This document shows positions 16,375-21,740 of a stretch of 22,410 nt of DNA, in pieces. Position numbers and translations under genes: made by a program. This DNA is from a virus. The first letter of the stretch is position 1, and each line of letters begins with the position of its first letter. Under the pieces are notes generated by a model. It was not told the origin of the DNA. It ran no database searches and saw only the letters and a program-made list of their open reading frames with translations. The DNA is taken from the IMG/VR virus record IMGVR_UViG_3300009506_000203. One strand, 5' to 3'.

Positions 16375-16587
16375 TCAGTCCTCTTTCGCACGGCGCCGCA
16401 TGACGATACGACGAGCTGCTGCCAGCGCGTTGCTACACTTCCCCGGCGCGCCGCCACTCATGTGCCATCCAGTGCGATCATCCTTGATGGTGAACCTGCA
16501 CGCCCCATCGGTGCTTCGGACCGTGATGAAATAGTTGCCGACCTGGTCCTCAGCGTAGAAGTTACCCAGCTGTCGTCGCTTGCGCAT
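16375..16587 (-). CDS. small basic protein (70 aa)
   Basis: ATG 16587 has AGGAG 8 nt upstream. Confidence 0.4.
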   Translation of the reverse strand: MRKRRQLGNFYAEDQVGNYFITVRSTDGACRFTIKDDRTGWHMSGGAPGKCSNALAAARRIVMRRRAKED

Positions 16588-16589
16588 TG

Positions 16590-16853
16590 TCACTTCTCCT
16601 CGCAGGTCGGTAAACAGGTGTGCCCCTCTGGCGTCTCACAACAGACGAACGGCTGCTCGTCCTTCGAGCTGGTCACCCCGGAGCAATCCATGTTCGTGTC
16701 CCAGCGCTTGTCGCTGCCGCAGATCTCCGCAACGTTGCCGTTGCAGCGGGTCGCCGTCGGTTCGCAGTTGTCCTTCTTCTCCGTGGCTACGTTCCACAGA
16801 GGGCACCCTGACAGCATGCTCAGGGTCAGGATGATGATCAGCGCGCGCAGCAT
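16590..16853 (-). CDS. Cys-rich secreted lipoprotein
   Basis: The signal peptide MLRALIIILTLSMLSGC carries a lipobox. The mature part has 9 Cys. Confidence 0.55.
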   Translation of the reverse strand: MLRALIIILTLSMLSGCPLWNVATEKKDNCEPTATRCNGNVAEICGSDKRWDTNMDCSGVTSSKDEQPFVCCETPEGHTCLPTCEEK

Positions 16854-16906
16854 GTCTCAACATATCACGCTGCGATCACTCACGCGACCGCGATCAGATC
16901 AGCTTG

Positions 16907-17224
16907 TCACCACTTCTTCACGCACTTGCGCAGCTCGTCCGGGCAGCTTGGCTCACGAGCAAAGCAGCTGCGAACTGACTGGAGTGCGCGAAGCGCGTTG
17001 TCGCGATCTTCCAGCTTCACACGAGCGAGCGCTGTGTCCACGAGGCAAACCCACTCGGCTGATGACGCCACGCTCAGACCGTGTGAGACCGTCGTGACCG
17101 GCAGCCCGCTAGACTTCTGAACCGCCTTGGGATACCGCATCCCCCACTTCGACTCGATGTGGAACTCCATGTCCGGGTTCTTCGCCTTGCGGATCTTGAC
17201 CCCGGTCGCTTCCTTCTTCGCCAT
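16907..17224 (-). CDS. hypothetical protein (105 aa)
   Basis: It has an ATG with an AGGAG SD. Confidence 0.45.
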   Translation of the reverse strand: MAKKEATGVKIRKAKNPDMEFHIESKWGMRYPKAVQKSSGLPVTTVSHGLSVASSAEWVCLVDTALARVKLEDRDNALRALQSVRSCFAREPSCPDELRKCVKKW

Positions 17225-17225
17225 G

Positions 17226-17528
17226 CTATCTCCTGCGGGGACCGCTCAGCTTGAGCTTGTGCGTGAGGGGCGGCTGGTTCTGCCACCGCGCTGCAATCGG
17301 TGGAGGCTCCGGGATCGTGATCTCCTCACCGACACGCTGGCAGCTGCATCGCTTGATGATGAGTTTGCAGTTCCGCATCTCGCGGTTGTACTTGACCATG
17401 TCGCGGACCAGCGTCCGCAGCGCGTGCCGTCCACGACGGACGGCTTGCTTCATCGTGTCGCCCTCGACGGTCGTTTCGATGTTCGCTCGCGTCGGCTTGG
17501 TGCCGCAGTAGACGATCCCTTCGTACAT
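17226..17528 (-). CDS. hypothetical protein (100 aa)
   Basis: The internal ATG at 17528 has AGGAG 7 nt upstream. The upstream part of listed ORF 17226..17582 is P/S-rich. Confidence 0.45.
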   Translation of the reverse strand: MYEGIVYCGTKPTRANIETTVEGDTMKQAVRRGRHALRTLVRDMVKYNREMRNCKLIIKRCSCQRVGEEITIPEPPPIAARWQNQPPLTHKLKLSGPRRR

Positions 17529-17536
17529 GTTGGCTC

Positions 17537-18034
17537 CTACCGGTGGTGGCGGCGACCGCTCAGCTCGACTGGTGGCGGACATGCGACCGGGCGGGGCTTG
17601 CGCTCCTTCTTCAACCGCTGGAAGCCAGCAGCGCGCCCTCTCTCAATGCCGGCCTTCACGCCCTTCGTCTGCGGGACCTCACCGAGGATCCGCTCAGGTG
17701 GAATGGGCTCGCTGGTCATGTAGAACTCAGGCAGGTTCGGCGACCGCAACGGCCGGTAGACCGGGCAGTGCTCTTTGGTCCCGACGATCCTCACCTTGAG
17801 GATGGTTAGGGGCTCGTCGGGGCAGCCCTCCCTGACGGCCCGCTTCGCGATGTGCTCTGCGGCGTAGTTCGGGCTCCGCGTGAACCAGATGTCGCCCCGC
17901 GGGCCCTTCCTCAATCCCTGCTTCTTGATGAGGCTCGCACGGAGCTTGTAGGTCCCGTGGTAGCCCACGAAGTCACACTTGCCGAAGGGCTGGACCTCGA
18001 CCCACTTGCCTAGCTGGCGGCGTCGCCTTGACAT
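17537..18034 (-). CDS. minimal Tpt1/KptA-like (NAD-dependent ADP-ribosyl/2'-phosphotransferase fold) protein with a basic C-terminal tail
   Basis: VGYHGTYKLRASLIKKQGLRKGPRGDIWFTRS...EPLTILKV parallels KptA LYHGTASRFLDEIKKQGL...RHYVHLS...SPVILTV. The N-terminal RNA-binding lobe is absent. The start is leaderless at ATG 18034. Confidence 0.4.
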   Translation of the reverse strand: MSRRRRQLGKWVEVQPFGKCDFVGYHGTYKLRASLIKKQGLRKGPRGDIWFTRSPNYAAEHIAKRAVREGCPDEPLTILKVRIVGTKEHCPVYRPLRSPNLPEFYMTSEPIPPERILGEVPQTKGVKAGIERGRAAGFQRLKKERKPRPVACPPPVELSGRRHHR

Positions 18035-18073
18035 GGGCCCCAGTATACACGGTCTCGGATCGCAGCTGTGATC
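18035..18073 (-). promoter_or_regulatory. leaderless promoter GTGTATACT plus palindrome site 4 (GATCGCAGCTGTGATC, 18058-18073)
   Basis: On the minus strand, TATACT ends 7 nt before ATG 18034. The palindrome lies 10 nt upstream of the -10, in the -35 position. Confidence 0.45.
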
Positions 18074-18246
18074 GAGCGGCCTGCGACCGGGCCCGCGGTC
18101 GAACCCGCGGCCGAGACATCGAGACAGCGATACCGGAGCGGGGCCATCCCCCCGAATCGCCACGGGGTGGCGGCACAGTTCTGTGCAGGCCCACTGAGAT
18201 GTGCTCTACTGGTGGCGGAGACGTTCGAGGTGGCTGGGTGCCGCGG

Positions 18247-18284
18247 CGCCCGCCAGGCTGAGCTGGTCTGGCGGGCGTCATTTT
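18247..18284 (+). terminator. intrinsic terminator-like hairpin (10-bp stem CGCCCGCCAG/CTGGCGGGCG, then TCATTTTG)
   Basis: It is a perfect inverted repeat with a T-run, and no plus-strand CDS lies upstream. Confidence 0.45.
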
Positions 18285-18440
18285 GCCGGCCTTCGAGCCG
18301 CCCGAGCTGGCCGCCCCGCGCAGCTCGTGTGGGCTCCTGTCGCGCCCATGGCCGAGCTGGTTGGGCCGCGCGGCCAGCGCCCGCGACGAGGCCACAGAGG
18401 CGCTCCTGGAGCGTCCTGGAGGGCATGCACTATACGCCCG

Positions 18441-18720
18441 ATCGGAAGATCCAATTTTGGGGGTCTAACTACCTTGATCGGGCCCTTTTTCGGCCCGTTT
18501 CCCCTTTGATTACCGGCCTGTGTAGGTGATCGTTACTCAGGGTTAGATCCCTCCCCTACCCCTTATAGATCCGCTGGTACATCTATCAACTTTTCATAGA
18601 TTTACTAGCCGAAACTAAGGAGGGTATAGGGACTTCTAACCTTGTAGATTTCGGGTGTTTTCAGTAGGGATCTCACGGAGATCAAGGTCCCCCTCCAATT
18701 GTTAGTGGTACGGCGCGTCA
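18441..18720. repeat. AT-rich (about 45-50% GC) repeat island
   Basis: It contains TCTAAC twice and GGTTAGA as inverted copies. It has three YRTAGATYY direct repeats, a GATCTC-acg-GAGATC palindrome, and an orphan AAGGAGG. Confidence 0.4.
18479..18505 (+). terminator. hairpin CGGGCC-ctttttc-GGCCCG followed by TTTCCCCTTTGATT
   Basis: It has a 6-bp GC stem and a T-rich tail, at the edge of the AT-rich island. Confidence 0.4.
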
Positions 18721-18796
18721 AAGTTGAAATGTAGTCGTGGCAACGGGTAGTACACTGCAAGAAAGTCACTGGCCCTTGCGGCCGGTGACTGTGAAT

Positions 18797-18868
18797 GTCG
18801 TTGACGTGCTATGTCAACGTCGCACGCTGTCGTTGCACGTCGCGAGCGTGCCGTGTACGATCCCAACG
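18797..18868 (+). promoter_or_regulatory. operator repeats plus a sigma70-like promoter TTGCAC-17-TACGAT for the RHH-AP2 gene
   Basis: Direct repeats TGTCGTTGACGT (18797-18808) and TGTCGTTGCACGT (18829-18841) flank the inverted copy GTCAACG (18813-18819). The -10 at 18856-18861 ends 7 nt before ATG 18869. Confidence 0.45.
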
Positions 18869-19561
18869 ATGCCGCCGAAGCACCGTCTCACGGTTCGCAT
18901 GGAGGATGACCTCTATGACTACCTGCATCAACGCGCGGCACGAAATTTCCGCACGGCACCCGACGAAGTGCAGGCGATCGTATTTGCGCTGAGGGCTGCT
19001 GAGCGCGCTGCGGATACCTCTCCGTTGCCGTCGTCCGAGCTGCCGGCCGTGCTGACGGGCGCTTCCGACGCGGGACCTGAAGCGGAGCCCGAGGCGCCCC
19101 CCGAGCCCGGTGTGACCCACAAGCTCCGCGGCCCGCGCGGCACCCTCTCGGGCTACTTCGGCGTACACCGGTACGGGAAGCGTTGGATAGCCAAGCTGAC
19201 CAGAAATGGTGTAGCGACAAAGGTCGGTGTGTTCGACGACCCGGAGGAAGCTGCCCAAGCCTACGACGACGCCGTCAGGACCAGCGGAACTGGCGGCCGG
19301 CTCAACTTCCCGACGGAGCAGGAGGAAGCTGCACGGTCCAGCGGCGGCTTGGAGACGCTGCCTGACTGGATCCGCGTGCAGGGGCCCGGAGCGTCGGACA
19401 TCCCCCCAGAGCATCTTCCTGAAGCTCTACGGCGTGGTCTCATCGCGTCCGGCGAGATGGACGTGCCGCCAGTCGAGGACCACTACGAGGCGCCCTCTGA
19501 TGAGGACGCGGACCTGGTCCCGGACCCGGACATCGACCCCGATCCGCCCTCCCTCCACTGA
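18869..19561 (+). CDS. ribbon-helix-helix + AP2 DNA-binding domain regulator
   Basis: The N-terminal RLTVRMEDDLYDYLHQRAARNF is an RHH beta-strand and helix. GYFGVHRYGKRWIAKLTRNGVATKVGVFDDPEEAAQAYDDAV is an AP2 domain. The upstream 44 codons of listed ORF 18737..19561 cover the operator repeats. Confidence 0.6.
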   Translation: MPPKHRLTVRMEDDLYDYLHQRAARNFRTAPDEVQAIVFALRAAERAADTSPLPSSELPAVLTGASDAGPEAEPEAPPEPGVTHKLRGPRGTLSGYFGVHRYGKRWIAKLTRNGVATKVGVFDDPEEAAQAYDDAVRTSGTGGRLNFPTEQEEAARSSGGLETLPDWIRVQGPGASDIPPEHLPEALRRGLIASGEMDVPPVEDHYEAPSDEDADLVPDPDIDPDPPSLH

Positions 19562-19570
19562 GGCTGTGTG

Positions 19571-19603
19571 GGCGCCCCTCACTTGGGGGAAGCGAGGGGC
19601 GCC
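19571..19603. terminator. 10-bp GC stem-loop (GGCGCCCCTC/GAGGGGCGCC) between convergent genes
   Basis: It is a perfect inverted repeat with no clear U-tract. It may act as a bidirectional terminator. Confidence 0.4.
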
Positions 19604-19688
19604 GATAGGGTGCTGGGTTTCAGCCACCGGGCGGGCGGCGTTGACTCTTGATCTCTAGCAGAAAGTGTGCGGGGCGCGCAATTGAATT

Positions 19689-19704
19689 GATCGTGTGAGC
19701 GATC
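19689..19704. promoter_or_regulatory. palindrome-family site 5 (GATCGTGTGAGCGATC)
   Basis: It has the GATCG-N6-CGATC arms and overlaps the stop of the minus gene 19703..19951. Confidence 0.3.
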
Positions 19705-19951
19705 AGGCTCCCTTGAGCTTCGAGCGCCGCAGCCGGAGCGCGGTCCCGTTGGCCAGCATCACGGCCGGCTTACCGCGGAACTCGCACACGTAGGCGAAGC
19801 CGCCGGTTGGAATGCTTCGCCCCTTTCCAACGTAGGGCTTCCCGGAGATCTGGACGAAGCTCGCGTCGCCCTGGTGCTGGACCGGGATGTCCCGACAGGT
19901 CTCTAGATCCCAGCCGATCTCGCGTCGTCGGTGCCGACCCAGCCTCGTCAT
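19703..19951 (-). CDS. hypothetical protein (82 aa), leaderless
   Basis: On the minus strand, CGTGATAGATT ends 6 nt before ATG 19951. Confidence 0.4.
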   Translation of the reverse strand: MTRLGRHRRREIGWDLETCRDIPVQHQGDASFVQISGKPYVGKGRSIPTGGFAYVCEFRGKPAVMLANGTALRLRRSKLKGA

Positions 19952-20038
19952 GAGGCCAATCTATCACGAAGCAGAAACCGCCACCAGGCGTCGAAACGCT
20001 GTGGGACCGCGCTGGAGCGTCAGGATTAAAGAAGCGCA

Positions 20039-20812
20039 TCAGCGCAAGGATACCACGCGGTAGCCTTCGATGTGCACGTAGAGCAACGTCCCATCAGGTG
20101 GCCGCGGGTCTTCCTTCTTGGAGCGCTTCGTGAACCCAATGTCGAACTGGCCGTCGAAGTTCTGTCGCGGTGGGATGAAGACATCGAGCGGCTGCGGACG
20201 TAGTTGGAGCTGGTGTGCAAGGCCCGTTGCTATCGTCCTGCCGCCAAGATGCAGCGTGACAGCGCCGTAGAGCGGTTGGACAGCGGGGAGTGTCGTCACG
20301 TAGAAGTGGGTCGCGAACGCGATGTCGTCGCCCCAGACGAGCTGACCGGCTACTGTAAGGTTCGTCCGCTCGACGGCGCCAACGTTCGCGTTGCTGAATA
20401 ACCGGACTCGACTGAACTCTCCGAAGATGCCTCCGAACTCGATCGAGTCGTAGACGTGAAGACGCTGGAGGTCGTTGACGCGGATCTTCCGGTCGTCATC
20501 TACGCTGTCCATGAAGCGCTTGAGCAGCCAGGATGGAGCTTCGTCGAGCCGCCGTAGGTCCCGCAACAATCGAGCAGCGCGCACAGCCAGGTCACCAGGG
20601 CTGCTGGACTCCTGGCGCTTGATTCGCTCGATGATGGTCTCTTGGGCCTCGTCAGGCAGCGCATCCCAGGGCTGCGGGATCCCCTCGGCATCGCACCAGA
20701 GTGAACCGAGCAGACCCATTCGGTAGCGGTCTACTATCTCCGTAGCTACGTCGAGCTTGCCGACGACGGCAGCCGCTTCGGCTGCGTCCAGTACATCGTC
20801 GAGGTCGGACAC
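20039..20812 (-). CDS. hypothetical protein (257 aa)
   Basis: It has a GTG start. It is long and coding-like, with a divergent promoter region upstream. Confidence 0.5.
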   Translation of the reverse strand: MSDLDDVLDAAEAAAVVGKLDVATEIVDRYRMGLLGSLWCDAEGIPQPWDALPDEAQETIIERIKRQESSSPGDLAVRAARLLRDLRRLDEAPSWLLKRFMDSVDDDRKIRVNDLQRLHVYDSIEFGGIFGEFSRVRLFSNANVGAVERTNLTVAGQLVWGDDIAFATHFYVTTLPAVQPLYGAVTLHLGGRTIATGLAHQLQLRPQPLDVFIPPRQNFDGQFDIGFTKRSKKEDPRPPDGTLLYVHIEGYRVVSLR

Positions 20813-20820
20813 GCAGGCAG

Positions 20821-20852
20821 TTTGTCACAGCGGTGTGACAGACTAGCCGGCC
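20821..20852. promoter_or_regulatory. palindrome TGTCACA-gcgg-TGTGACA in a divergent intergenic region (contains TTTGTCAC)
   Basis: The arms are at 20823-20829 and 20834-20840. Each arm gives a GTGACAnACT -10-like element pointing at the flanking start codons. Confidence 0.35.
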
Positions 20853-21083
20853 ATGGCAATCATGCGATGGAATGTCCGGGTCGTGCGCGTCGAAGCGAGT
20901 GGCGAGGAGCGCTTCGAGTTTCACGAGGTAGAGCAAGATGAAGGCAAGGCGCCGCACGCGATCCACCGCGAGCAGTTCGACACCGACGGCAAAGACGTGA
21001 AGGAGCTTTACGACCGGCTCCGTCACATGCTCGGCGCCATCAACCAGCCCGTGCTCAACATGGGCGACTACCCCGACCGATGA
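20853..21083 (+). CDS. hypothetical protein (76 aa)
   Basis: It has an ATG start and an ATGA overlap with the next gene. Confidence 0.45.
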   Translation: MAIMRWNVRVVRVEASGEERFEFHEVEQDEGKAPHAIHREQFDTDGKDVKELYDRLRHMLGAINQPVLNMGDYPDR

Positions 21084-21316
21084 AGTACCACCTCCAGATA
21101 TCAACTGCGAAGCTCAGCATGCGCATCGTCTCCTTCGAGGAGCACAACGACTACGCAGCGATGGGAATCGCGGCCAAGTTCTGTACTGCGGACCAGGTCG
21201 GCGTTGAGCTGCTCGAAGGCGAGGGCCGACCAGTCGCGTGCTGGTTCTGGAGCATCGACAAAGAGGCTGCAATCCAATCGCGTGACTACACGCAGCAGGG
21301 AGGGACGCATGAGTGA
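21080..21316 (+). CDS. hypothetical protein (78 aa)
   Basis: It is coupled to the upstream gene by an ATGA overlap. Confidence 0.45.
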   Translation: MKYHLQISTAKLSMRIVSFEEHNDYAAMGIAAKFCTADQVGVELLEGEGRPVACWFWSIDKEAAIQSRDYTQQGGTHE

Positions 21317-21740
21317 GTTCGTACTTCAGCCGTGGGTGGCCGACGTTGGCTTGAAGATGCAGAGCATCCTGCTCTCTGGCCTGCGCGCCCCAGACGCGTC
21401 AACTAAAGCCGTGAAGCTCGCGGTGCGGTGGCTGCGCAGCAAGTGCCAGCTCGATGCCGACCCGAAGAAGCAGTCCTACATGCAGACGGTGGACATGAAC
21501 CGCCGGCTCATCGACCCCGCGATGGATGAGCTGGAGTACCTGCCTGTCCACTACGTGCATCACCTGGCCGACGCGTTCGCGGTCGTGGCCTACCACCACC
21601 CCAACGAGCTGGTAGCCAAGATGGCCTACGAGTTCCACGAGCAAGTAGCCGTCGAGCTGTTCCACTTCCACCCCGAGACGAAGGAGGAGTTCCTGGAGCG
21701 GCACAAGGACAAGCGAGAGCCCCAGGGAGGTCCAGCGTGA
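21309..21740 (+). CDS. hypothetical protein (143 aa, His-rich)
   Basis: ATG 21309 overlaps the upstream stop by 8 nt. The listed ORF 21204..21740 is an upstream extension. Confidence 0.45.
   Translation: MSEFVLQPWVADVGLKMQSILLSGLRAPDASTKAVKLAVRWLRSKCQLDADPKKQSYMQTVDMNRRLIDPAMDELEYLPVHYVHHLADAFAVVAYHHPNELVAKMAYEFHEQVAVELFHFHPETKEEFLERHKDKREPQGGPA

Noticed and set aside
15934-17097. 387-aa plus-strand ORF
   Set aside because: It is antisense to five tightly coupled minus-strand genes that have good SDs. The protein is S/R/P-rich and low-complexity.
18068-18529. Listed ORFs in the non-coding hub: 18068..18529+, 18201..18509+, 17973..18395- and 18010..18426-
   Set aside because: All are A/R/P/G-rich with no SD or leaderless signal. 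They overlap hairpins and terminators. The region is more plausibly regulatory or ncRNA.
18441-18720. Possible tRNA or tmRNA in the AT-rich island, as an attP-type tRNA overlap
   Set aside because: No GTTCRANYC T-loop or acceptor-stem pairing could be found by eye. The call is kept as a repeat island only.
19641-19672. TTGACTCTTGATCTCTAGCAGAAAG, which loosely resembles the TTGTCAC-N5-TCTGCTAA cassette
   Set aside because: The spacing and sequence differ. It lies between convergent genes with no downstream plus-strand gene to serve.
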